Below are positions 52,200-64,000 of a stretch of 64,000 nt of DNA, one piece after another. Below the pieces are notes generated by a model. That model was not told where the DNA came from. It saw only the letters and a list, made by a program, of their open reading frames with translations, and made no database searches. The position numbers and the translations under genes were made by a program. Source of the DNA: Styela clava. Taxonomy: Eukaryota. Position 1 is the stretch's first letter. Each line of letters starts with the position of its first letter. The DNA is taken from assembly GCF_964204865.1 (NCBI RefSeq), contig NC_135256.1, positions 9,858,001 through 9,922,000 of the forward strand, given 5' to 3'.

Positions 52200-53755
52200 T
52201 TCAGCTTGTTAGTATTCTAAATAAAGTAATTATATATCTAAATATTATATATGAGTTAAAAATAAGTCATTTATGGTATCTTAGGAAGATCAAATGTACT
52301 GTATCCTGTTGCCAACATGACGAGTCTTTTAAAACTGCACCACAAGGTATCGCGGCAAACTACGATCTGAATAATTTTTCAACGTTTATCTGATATATAA
52401 GTAGAGAGAGTGAAAGTGTAATTAACTCATCTCGACGCGTGCGCCAATGATCCTGCACGAGCCCCATCCTCTACCCGCATTGTTCTCTTAAACCCTAGCG
52501 GACGTCTTTCAAGTCTGCATTGAGATAATCGGTAAAGCGATAGTTAATTGCCGAAAATCGACAGACTGGCGAATTATTGCAACAAGCGATACAATACACC
52601 AATTACAAGAAATTACGATATCAGTGTTCGTTCACGAACTAGACCTCGACTGGGCGTCAGTCGTCTTCACCAGTAAGGACACGGTGAATGAAACGCTAGA
52701 ATTCAACAATCTGGTCGTAGTAATAAGTGAAAACGTTCTTGAAACACAACCAATTTATTACTCCAAAATAGTTAATTAAAATCTACTTCGCTAATATGAG
52801 AAATAATTGCCAGAAAATCTTCGATATACCAAAACGCGGCATGTTGTTTTAAGGGCAAACACGATTTCACGGACTGACATGGATAATAAATTAGAAAATG
52901 ATTATTCTGAGAGATATTAACGCGGATGGTACATATCGCGCCTCAACGAGCAACTTCTTTAAAGTAACGCTGTTTCCTCCATCCGTGTCGAATCGTTTCG
53001 ACGCCCAATATTGAACCATATTGAATCGTCCCTGCACGCACTAATCTATAATACGCGTGCTTCCATATTTGTGATTTCTCATTAAACTGATCAGCAGGGT
53101 TTCTGTTTCATAATTGTTCTAGCTAATAAACTATTTGGGAGTACTTGAACTATTATTTTATTTTACAGTGTACCTGAAGCATGTTATAATAATATTCAAA
53201 TTTTGGAAAAATTAACTATATTAACAGTTTTCAACTGCATTTGGTTATGATGAATGGGCAGTGAGTTTTCAGTGTTACTCAGTGGTATAATCTGTAAATT
53301 TAGCTCTTCATATTCTTGATGAAATGGTATCACGAAAATGATATCCAATATATATTCAAAATTTATTTGCCTCATAACCGCCATAATATTAGTAAATGGG
53401 TATATTAAAGTAGTTATAACTTCATTCATAAACCAGTAACTTTAAATATTGGATTTTGAAATTTTTTTTTTTTGAATATCACGATTTCCACACGTTTATA
53501 CTATAATATCACTTTCTTGGACATACCAGTAGATCCTCTTGAACATACCTTTTCAACTCGGGGTACATGATTGGGCTCGATAGCTATACACCTTTCATAG
53601 TATATATTGAGTGAATATTGAATATTTCGATCATCGTATTGCGGTTTTTATTCACCCCAAGCAAGGTTAAAATGCTCAACTAATAGTGGAAGGAAAACCA
53701 ACAAGAAGTTGGTTACCACCATTTTCATTAAATTTTTTCAACAAAATTTATTATA

Positions 53756-54586
53756 TATCGTAACGCTAATAACCGAATTGCGTAAGTCATTTTTGGAGAT
53801 TTTGAGTTTTTTTTTTATAAAATAGGTATTTATGTAATGCTGCGCACCTGTCTGTTAACTCGGATTTTATTTTAAGAATTCCGAAACCCATAAAACTGGA
53901 GATTTAGTATGACATGCACATTTGTGCAATTGTTTCGTCATAATGAATTATCATTGTTACCGCAGGACTATTGTGACGTCGCAAAGGCAAAATAATCTCG
54001 CGAAGTATTTTCGAGTTTTTTGCATCTCGGATTCTAGCTTAGCGCGTATTAGTTTGAATTTATACTACAGAATAGGAAGGCGTGCACTTGTGATATTCAC
54101 TGTCCGAGTCCAATTCACCTTGGTTGGCTTTTATATTGGGTGCATTGCTGATTTATTCTTTATATTTAATCTTAGTCTTATTTCGGTGGGTGTGCAGATC
54201 GTGTTATATTATTGAAATATATATTTTTGAACATAAAAAATAATGTAATTGAAACTGATTAGCTATTTTGGGGATTAGGTATTGTAGATACTGAAAATTA
54301 CATTCGTTTTTAGAATGTTTAGTTTTCAGGACTGGTGCATATAGTAAAGTTGCAAAATTGCGTATGTCCCCAAGTCATAACACATTTCTGCCTAAGTCAC
54401 AGTGCGCCATTATGACGTCACTTAACTGCGTCATACAAATTAACTTAAATCCGGCTACGATCGAAAAATTGAACCATGGCAAATTATTGACTCTCAATGG
54501 CATAACAATATCATTAGGAAGTTTTTTACGTTTTTCTCAAAACTGCTAAAAATGACTTACGCAATTCGGTTATTAGCGTGACGATA
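53756..54586. mobile_element. MITE copy 2 (full length) upstream of Msx
   Basis: Long TIRs TATCGT(a/c)ACGCTAATAACCGAATTGCGTAAGTCATTTTT at both ends; internal sequence near identical to 22828-23594. Confidence 0.92.
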
Positions 54587-55446
54587 TGTATATATTTAAA
54601 TGTTTGTCAACAGTGAGGAAAATTTCGTTTCTTTTTGTTTTATATTTTAATCTGGTAGTATAGTTTGTGAAATACCGTAAAATCGTCGTGTTACGCCAAT
54701 ATTTATGGAGAAAATGAGCGATGTAGACCAGAGTATAAATTGAAGTAAAATATATAATATTGTTCCGCGGCCAAGTAAACTACGTGCTTCGAACTAGAAA
54801 TGTCTCTACATGACCAATCCCTATCGATTTCCTCTCCCCTATTATGCTATACTAGATTTCAAATCATCGGTTAATTGATGGATGGTCATTTAATAAATCG
54901 CAAATTGCCATATATCGCTTCATTAAGTACATAATAACTTATTCTCGATTTTTAATTATGTTGTTTGTATACTTGTTATTTTGCAACATATTGCGCGTTA
55001 ACAATGCATGTAATATATATACTCGCTGGCAATTAAAATTCATTTTATCGCAGTGTCGACAAAGGCAATGTTTTTTGATTTTCAAGTGTATATATAATTC
55101 AACCTAGCAGCCGTATATGATATAGCTAATCACATATAAACAGATCTTGGAAAGCTTTGAAATGACTATGCTTCCCGTTCTCGTTTAAAGCATTATTGAG
55201 AGTAGTAACGCTTTAATAGTTCTCCTTTTTCGGGTTACTTTTCTTTCCTGAAGAATAAAAATTCCGATCACAAACTCAAATAATACCATTTTTATATTAT
55301 AATCTTTATTGTACTTTCCGGATTTACAACGGCTACAATTCTATTTGTAATATTAGTTGAACTTGAAAAATTGAAGATAGTAGGTTTTTTTTAACATGCA
55401 TTGGATTTGGATAAATATAAAAATAAATATGAAATCGATATCTTGA

Positions 55447-58400
55447 TTATTCGTTCCTTTTGCGCTGCCGCGCACAAACGGTTGCTTGTCTGGTCATTTC
55501 ACCGTACGTTTGACCAAACACAAATCTTCTATCTGTCGAAAATGAAAAAAAAAATCACTGAAAATCATTCCCTCAAATGCTCTCTTCCGATATATTATCT
55601 AACAGGCATATTAGATTTCGATCATGCATTTATTGTATCACAAAAGGAGCTATAATATACAAAATACTGAATAATTGCACTACACTTTGATAACGTATTG
55701 CAGTAATAACAAGTTGAGTATGATATCATTTGTGGTATCCATATTAGCATTGTTCAAAACTGATTGTACTGGCTAAACAAACTTACGTGGAACGTAACCG
55801 GTATACCGCGGTGTTAAGCCTTCAGGATGATAAGGCGAAACCTTGTTTTTAACCCAAGGTGGAACTTCATCAGGTTCAAAGTTCGGATTAACTGGCTGTG
55901 CAATTATTTTTTCACGGTTCTCTTGGTCTTTCTATACAAAAGTAAAAACGATATATACTTATATAAAATGGAACATATAGATAACGAACAGCAAAACCAG
56001 ACGGCAAGGGGACGTTAGCAGTAGGTATTTATGTCTAAAAAATACAACTAGGCAGAAGTTTGACTGATGTTTCTTAAAAATCTAATATCATAATTTTGCT
56101 CAAACAATACTCGAACAACTTGAAGAACGAAAAGTTAATTTTTGATAATATTATCAGGAATATGAGAATATTATCATTTCTTACTTGAAAAGCCATCATC
56201 CCTTTTTGATTAGCTTCAGCTTTTCGTTTTCCCAATGCAATATCTGTTACGTTCACTCTCGGAACGTATCCTGTCCATCCAACTTTGGGTGGCTCCGCAA
56301 AATTATTACGTTTGGTATCTGTGACGATATTAAATGGTTCTTCACATAGCAGGGGTGGCCAACACGTTGATCGCCACGTCTCGAGTAGTCGATCGCGTCC
56401 GATGTTGAGCGAATTTAATGTCCAAAAAAATTGCCTTGAAACAGTTTCGTGAAGCGCCAGTTATTTGTTTTTAAACAGGATGAATGCAGTACTGAATATG
56501 TGCAAAATTCGATATAGGTAGGCTTCACATATTATTTGAGTCTGGGTAATTCCGAAAGACCATATTATTACGTAACAAATGCAAGTTTCGTCGTTCCAAG
56601 ATTAAAAAAAATGGGGTGCCGAGAATAGTAATAAATTGTATTCGCAACGATAGAACTGGCATCAGAATGCCCAATTTTTAATAATTCCGAGCGAGCGAAG
56701 AATTGCACTTGAGGAAATTGTAAATACGATACTGAAGTTTGAGCAGTCACGTAACAAATATGGTTTGATAATATTTATTTTTCACTGTTTAAAAAATACT
56801 TTGCGCGATTTCTTGATGGTTTTCAACGCTTAAGCCTAAAAAATATTCAGGCGTTATACCTGAATCGTGTGATTCGAATAAATCTTAAGTAAATGATAAA
56901 ACATTTACCCCGGGTACAATCATAAAATCAAATTAACAGCTTAAATGGAACATGAAAAAATATTGTGTCGATTTCATTGAGGTTGCGCTCATAAAGCCAA
57001 GCTTCGTGGCAGCGGTGGATTTTTTCGTATGCGTGAGCGTGTGTGCAGTTATCTGCATATTCAGTACCCGTTTGCTTTATGTATGACCTTATTACCGATC
57101 AGTCGATCGCGGTCGAAAGCAGGTTGGCCACCCCTGTTCTATAGTAAAGTTAATATGATCCTATAGCAGTAGCCACCATTCATACATATTCGGCTATTTC
57201 AAGCAAATATGTTAGAAATATCAATTGATTTTAGGCGAAAAGATTTACGAAGTGATAAACCAAATCACCATTTCATCAATATTGGAGGTCGTCTTTGTCA
57301 ACTGTGTGGGAATTTTCTCTTCAAAAAAAATATTTACGATTAGAATTTGATAAACTCTGCGTAACCGAGGTGTTAGATTATGAGGAAACGTCAGCATAGA
57401 TCTTCTGAGTAATATTGCACAATTGGCATCGCCGGAATGCATTAATTTTACGAGGTGTGTGTCGCCTGCAGTTGGCGCCGGTGAAATATACCCGTCACAG
57501 CGCGAAACGAGACGTCAGCCAGACAAATTAATTTTAAAGTAATATTTAATAATATAAAGATGATAAAATTAATTCGTGGGAATAACAAAAGAGCAATACT
57601 ACGCGGAAATTATAGAAACTATCGTAAAATAAAATTTGTTCCTAATTATTTTAAAGTAATATTTTTGCTTGTGTACAATCATATTGAAATTGGTGTTATT
57701 AGCTTTTATTGTGTCCCAAAAAAGCAGTCTTATTGTTCAGGATGTACGTATCAGACATATCAACGAAGTTAATTGCTCCTAAAGTTAACGAGTATATGGT
57801 AGAAAGACATGCATTCTAAGTATTCATCACAGGCGACGAAACAAGATGACGTTGCATGCTGTGAACCGAAATCTCTCAAGAATTTTAGCCGAGCTTGGGT
57901 GTTAAGTTGGCTACGTTAACCGCAAGTTCATTAAGGTTGTTTTATCGAGCTTTATGCAATTCACCTGGTAAAACGTTAGGCATTGACATTGTATTGTACG
58001 CTTTGATTTTTTCCAAAACGTCATCAGCACTCGCTATCGGTGTAAGCTTCTTAGATTGTTTGACTTGTGATTGTAATCTATTCATTCTTCGATCAACTTC
58101 GTGTTTTTCTTCGAGAAAAGTACCAATACATCTTGTAACGTCGTCATTGTAATTTTCTCCATAATTGTATCGTCGATGTGGAACATAGCCTAGATACAAA
58201 ATATATATGTTTTCACTGAGATGGTTCTGGCATAACTTGATCCGACAGGGTCGATTAGCCCACATTAGTTGAGAAGTGAGAAGCAACATAAATTTACTGA
58301 TTTTCGAGTTTTAAGCAAATTATTTCATATCATAGACAAACTGCAATGCGGTTTGAACTTTATCGGGCAGATGAAGCTCGCATGTATAATTTTTCTATTA

Positions 58401-60710
58401 TGTCTAAGAATTGTATCCATGACTTTGGCCATATCAAGTGATATTTTTAATGTTGTGAAAATATGACATTCCAGTTATAAAATGATGTTTTCAAGAAAAA
58501 TCATTGTGGTTCATATAACATATATGTGTATTGAAAAATACTTACTTGTGAGCTTACTAGTAATATCATATTTCTGAAATGTAAAATTTTACAGATTTGC
58601 ATTGCACGTTAAAAGTGTATATATATCTACTATTAGAAACTACTATGCTGAAAATAGTGTTTAATTCTCCCGATAGGAAAATAATTGTTTACTTAAAGAG
58701 AACCATGAATTGCAGACTCACCTGTGTATCCCGGGACCATATTATCAATATATTTATTCAGTCCATTATCTTCTCGTTTTTCCGAAAGACCTGGTTTTGA
58801 CTTAGGTGGAATTGGAGGGAGAGGTTTCCGTACAATTTGAGTCTTGGACAATTCTTCGCAGCTTTTGGCGTACGTGTCTCCGAGTTTGTACTTGTATTGC
58901 GGTAAATATCCAGTGTACCTGACAAGAACAAAAAAAATAATATTATAGTAAAGTTGTTTGAATTGCGTTAGATTGCAAATGTCTGCAAATGAAGAACATT
59001 TTTTAGCAACAATCACTACCTACATACTACTAATTTTATCACCATCACTATGATTGGTCATGTAACTATACCCGGGGTTTTCATCCTTTCCAGTGCTGAG
59101 GACCCGTTTGATGAATTAGATCAGGGTTTCACAAACATTTGATGTTACGAAGCCCGTGAAGAGGCTGACTCTTATTTACGGAGCCCACAATAAATTTACA
59201 AAAAAATAAAAACACGTCGTTATTTGCCGATTAATGTCCCTGAGCAAACTAAAATTACTGTTTTTATTGATTTGGATGTATTTGTTGCTTTGTATTTATA
59301 TATATTCAAAATATTCAATAAGTAAATGAATAGCTTGCGGAGCCCCTAGGTTTCTCTCACGGAGTTCCGGGGAACCTGATTTAGATGAGTGGTTTAGAAC
59401 AGTGGCTTAAAACCAAGGTTCCGTGGAAACCTAGGGTTCTGCCAGTACAGTCCTGGGGTTCCGCAATTTTACATTCAAATAAAATACTTATTAATATAGG
59501 TTGTTTAAATACCGTATGATCGAATACATAAGGTTTCAAAATATTATTAAAGTTGCTTCACTTTGAAGGCCATTTTGTTATACCAGTATTACGTTTGCTT
59601 GTATAAAAGTATTTTATAAGTAACGCTAATCTGCTCTAAAATATTTTTTATCAACTCCTCAGGAAGTTACATTTTCATCCCAGTATAAGCTTCAACTACA
59701 ACTACAGTAACTACCAAGTTTAGTTTCGCAGTTTACACGACTTAATTTGTCCAATCACAGCACGCAAGACCGTTTTGGAGTACACGAGCGATCTAGAAAT
59801 TGGTCAAAGGGTAACGATGAAAGGAACAAGGAAGGTTTCAGAAACCCTGCTCTGGAATATTTCATTGGGGTTACGCTCCACCGAATGGGTTGAAAACCAC
59901 AGATCAAGTTGAAATCTCCTTCGAATAAAACTATCCAATATTGTTGTGTACAAATTGTCAGAAACAATGCTTCTCATCCGAACTACACAGGGAAAACCCC
60001 TTCAGATTGGAAAATGAATATATATATTCGCTTAGATGACATACTCAAGAACAGACAGTGTCAAGGGTCACTTTGAAATTGGCAAATAATGGACCCCCAG
60101 GATCACCCAATATCTAATTTAGAACTCTCTGTTTTGTATGTGATGTTCTGCTTTTCGAAGAGAAATCTTGATTTAATCAATCCCAATTAGTAAAACGGAC
60201 ACAATGACTATAATCCTAAGATCGTCGCAGGGCACCGCCTCAGTCGAATACCAATATATTTACCATCTTAAACGGGTTTCATTTAAATGGGATTGTGGTA
60301 TATAACATTCATAACTACGATGGTTGAAGTGTTTACTACTGGATTTCTCGCTGTCGTGGGCCGATTCAAGAAACCTCTATTATCGGTTACGGCCTAAGTT
60401 CGCGCATGTGGAACGATTATCTGTTAAGTCAAGGTATTCCTGGACTGCACAATCGAAGAAAATGTGGTTTACCATTAGATGCTATGTTATCGAATTCTTT
60501 TGTGCCTTTAAAATAATACAAAATACAGCTTCTTCGACCGAATGATTGATAAAGAACTGAACGCCAATCTTAAAACTAATTTATGTCTTGAGACATACTA
60601 CTGAATAATCGCACTTACCCTGGTAAATGAATCCCTTCTCTTAGATTCGAAAAATTTCTTCGATGTTCGATACCCCAGAAGGGCCAAGAGTTTGTCGCTG
60701 CAGCAGGCAT
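55447..60710 (-). CDS. SPMIP5: C10orf82/SPMIP5-like (FAM166-related) ciliary or sperm microtubule inner protein with repeated PGYTGYxP motifs, 6 exons
   Basis: Exons 60710-60619, 58918-58722, 58189-57965, 56318-56185, 55931-55787, 55532-55447. Four repeats: LPGYTGYLPQYKYKLGDTY, VPGYTGYVPHRRYNYGENY, VGWTGYVPRV, PRYTGYVPHRRFVFGQTYG. Family is secure; exact ortholog (SPMIP5 vs FAM166) less so. Confidence 0.78.
56350..57136. mobile_element. Non-autonomous hAT (Charlie-like) element
   Basis: Perfect 14-bp TIRs CAGGGGTGGCCAAC / GTTGGCCACCCCTG; subterminal GTCGATCGC motifs; degenerate TSD (TCACATAG / TTCTATAG). Confidence 0.85.
59122..59378. mobile_element. Short hAT-like MITE
   Basis: CAGGGTTTC... 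/ ...GGAACCTG termini, GGAGCCC subterminal motifs, 8-bp TSD AATTAGAT / ATTTAGAT (7 of 8). Confidence 0.65.
59400..59902. mobile_element. Degenerate hAT-like element
   Basis: CAGTGGCTTAAAACC vs GGTTGAAAACCACAG; GGGTTCCGC subterminal repeats; left end re-occurs at ~63028-63090. Confidence 0.5.
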
Positions 60711-62851
60711 TTTTTTAAATCTTTGTCTATATATAATGAGGTTTACCTAACGTCTTTCATTTTTACCTTTTTATATTAATTATTTTGTCTGTTTAAATGT
60801 CGAATTTACTAGAATTGAGCTGAACAAAATGGACTGTTCATGTCAGATTAGAGATAACTAATATTCCCCTAACTTAACTGGGATACTCAGATTCGCTATT
60901 TTTTACTCTCCTATGCAATTGGGGCCTTGCAACATAAAAGTACTACGCTGATGATCGCTAATCTTTCGTAAGCGGCCAGTGGTTCATGAAATTCACTTTA
61001 CGTAGATTTGTCTACTGTAAATCATCCATGAAGGATATACAACAACCTCGTGTCACTTTGCTCAGCTAGGGTTTTGTAAACATGTTTCAGGCATGTTCTC
61101 GTCGACACAATGAATTCATAACAATTGAAGGAGGCGTGTATTGTTACCTATATGAAATGAACAAAACCGCCTTAAAATATATCTATGTATTGCGTCGCAA
61201 CTTCCGCGTCTTGGTTTATTCGACAACCAAATGTTTTTCGCGCTTTGCTGCAAAACTGTGCCAGATTTCGAAACAATTGATCGCACTAAACTGATAGCAT
61301 TTTTTCCCGAAAGTCTTTGTGCGGTAAATTAGGATTTTACAAGAAATTCGACAATTGATAGTGCAAATCGATAGTACTGCTAGTAACGGATTGAAAATAA
61401 TGATAATAAAAAACACAGTCACAAGCAGAATATGATTACTATGAGTAAGAACGACACACGTCTGATCGCAAATAAAGTGGAACATATTTCGGATATTATT
61501 TGAAACTGAACTACCCTGAATCTCTTAAACATAACATAGCACGGAATTTCAAATTATTTTTTCTTTATTCTATACGAGCCAAAAGAATAGGCTCTGAGTG
61601 AATGGTACTTAGCGCTAAACTATTACTTTCGAGTTAGATTAAGCTATTCAGATATCAATACATATAACCTCGAACGAAGTGGCTTTCCCATTATCAGAGA
61701 TACTTTTGTTTTCAAAAACAACAAACTATGAATGATGGCTTAGGATTGCTTTTGTTAAATTTATGTTATAAAGTCCTTCTTTTCATTGCGATTGATAACA
61801 AACAAAATCTTTGAAAAACATCCCGAATAAAATTATTAGAGCAGTCAACCATTATTCCAATACTTCAATTAATAGGGAAACGTAATTTCATCCGTTCCGT
61901 AGGCATATTTATTGCCTGACAGATTCCGACTTTCCTTCAAACGAAAACAATAAATAGGCTATTCGTTTCTAAGCTGAGCCTAAAATTTCGGCATTGGAAT
62001 TTTGGTAAGTGCTTTAGAAATATGGCCGTGAATTGTTAAACAGATAGTCTAATAAGAAGCGGAACGGCTTAAATTTTCGGAGGGAGGAATCATATTTAAT
62101 AATTGACAATCTTTCACTAATGTAAATTGAGCAATTTCAATGTGTTAATTAAATACCAACACGTTTACGTTGCAAACAAAACTAAATTAAACGCGAAAAA
62201 TTAACTTATCCAGAATGGGTCGTCTGTTCGCTGAGTATCTGTCGCCTGTCATCCTTTTACATTTAATACTACTACGAAAAATAATTTCTGAGGGTAAAAT
62301 TTCAACCAGCACTATAAATATTACCACCTATACAGAGACATGAAAACCAAACTTTCGTATGTAAAATATTATCTGAAAACATGCTTTCCTGCTGCCATAT
62401 AAACTGTATATATATATATTACTGTCCATATCGATTTCATAAATGCTCGAGAGTGAAACTTGATAGTCATTTAACCGAAACAAAAACAATTAAACCCTTG
62501 TCAATGTTTGAAAGGTCAATAGTTCACTCATTCTGTGAGCCAGAGTACCAATACTAGAGCAAGATATTATAATACCATGGTAAAGTGTTTATTGTACACT
62601 TGTGATACAAATATTAACATTGGTTCGTTAATGATTTAATAATCGCAACTTCACTCTCTATTGGTGGCAAACGAGAGGTGGAGTGGAGACAAATAAGCAC
62701 TTCAGCCTTGGTGGATTAAATGAATATATTAAATCGGTGGATATGTTTGTTTACTGGTTTAAATATATACGACCAAATAAACTATCGGAAAAATTCGTTA
62801 TTTGTGCCAGTCTAGTAAGCGTTTCCATTTCATTTTAAAGTACGTATACTT

Positions 62852-63150
62852 CACGGGTGGGCAACGCTTTGCCGAGTGTTTACATAAGCTGGGCATTTAG
62901 AATTTTTTTGTAATCAGAATTCCCTGCCCCGAACAAAGTTTTCAACCTGATCCAACCACCCAGGTACGGTTGGATTTCATTTACATCGTTTGATATGATA
63001 AAGTAATGAAAACAGTCCAGACTAATACAATGGTTCTTGACCTGGGTTCCGCCAGTCTATTTCAGGGGTTCCGCAAGTTTACATTTAAATCCCAGAGTCT
63101 ATATCTGACATGGCAAACCATTGCCCGCGGCCCAAATCCAGCCCGTTGGC
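62852..63150. mobile_element. Cluster of decayed hAT terminal fragments
   Basis: CACGGGTGGGCAAC (~62852); CAATGGTTCTTGACCTGGGTTCCGCC...GGGGTTCCGCAAGTTTACATT (63028-63090, related to 59400-59480); CATGGCAAACC...GCCCGCGGCCCAAATCCAGCCCG (~63109-63145). Confidence 0.4.
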
Positions 63151-64000
63151 GGGTAACTCAAGATGACGAATAGTACGGCTCGTATAGAATAATTGTCGCG
63201 TCGGTGTTTGGAGACCTATTTTTAAGGTTCGACAAATTATAGGCATAGATTGTGATATATTCTAATCAATAGATTTCTGTGCATTAATTTGGCTCCAGGT
63301 ATACTGTAACTTACTGTTTTGGTATTATTGCCCTTCTCAAGTTTGAGAGATTGGTCAAGTTTTATTCTTGGGGTGACTGTTGCGAAATGTAAACCCCACA
63401 AAAATGCGTACTTGGGTAAACGCAGATAATATCATATTATTTCAAACCACTTAAAAACAAAATCATGTACGTTTCACAAAACGACGCCAACTGAGTACGG
63501 CGGTTTGTCGTATTTAATTCACAAGATGCTAAAGAAAAATCTTACATGTTTCCTATGCCATCTTAAGATTTTATAATATATATATATGTATATTTTAACG
63601 ACCTTCAAATTTAAATTTGGAAAGTCATTGAATTACATTTAATTTCAAAAACCTCCCTCGGGTTGCCGCTGCATTTTTGTTGACTAATTCCTACTGACTA
63701 CTAAGAACCTTTAAATGACATGAAAGTTGAGTTCCTCATATTTATCTTGTCCGACTTGACGAACGAACTGAATGTTTTTTTCGCAGAGTCAAAGTACGCT
63801 CGAGGCCAATAATTTTACCTGAAGCAGAATACGGCTACTCATATGCTTAATAAATGTATTCGGGGAGTAAAAATTTTGTCTTTGCTCCATACTGGAGTCA
63901 ATTGTCAACTACATAACACAATATATCTAATGTGAAACCTTATTAGAGTTAAGATATCTATTTTGAAAACTTTAGAGGTTTTTGAATTAATTTGGAGTCG

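Noticed and set aside
57942-57964. Apparent stop (ELHKAR*) ending the SPMIP5-like gene
   Set aside because: A GT donor at 57964-57963 splices in frame to 56318, continuing the repeats.

Overview
AT-rich, intron-containing animal genomic DNA; gene content and style suggest an ascidian or other marine invertebrate (inference). Left half: a UNC93A-like MFS transporter cluster with an intact minus-strand paralog (714-7802), an internally deleted minus-strand pseudogene that is an inverted duplicate of the intact plus-strand paralog (21154-28070), and a transposon-filled spacer holding a solo LTR and a defective Ty3/Gypsy element (15371-20485). That element has lost gag/protease but keeps a decayed env-like type I membrane glycoprotein ORF joined to pol by a TGATG stop-start overlap. 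Right half: BIN3 (34643-37900, +); a 6-exon, 718-aa divergent PRD-class Q50 homeobox gene whose homeodomain is split over three exons and so is invisible in the ORF track (42116-46171, +); Msx (50588-52199, -), tail-to-tail with it; and a C10orf82/SPMIP5-like (FAM166-related) microtubule inner protein gene (55447-60710, -). Many non-autonomous DNA transposons (hAT-like, pogo/Tc1-like) are interspersed. All gene models were built by hand from GT-AG boundaries and frame continuity; family calls come from recalled motifs, not database searches.
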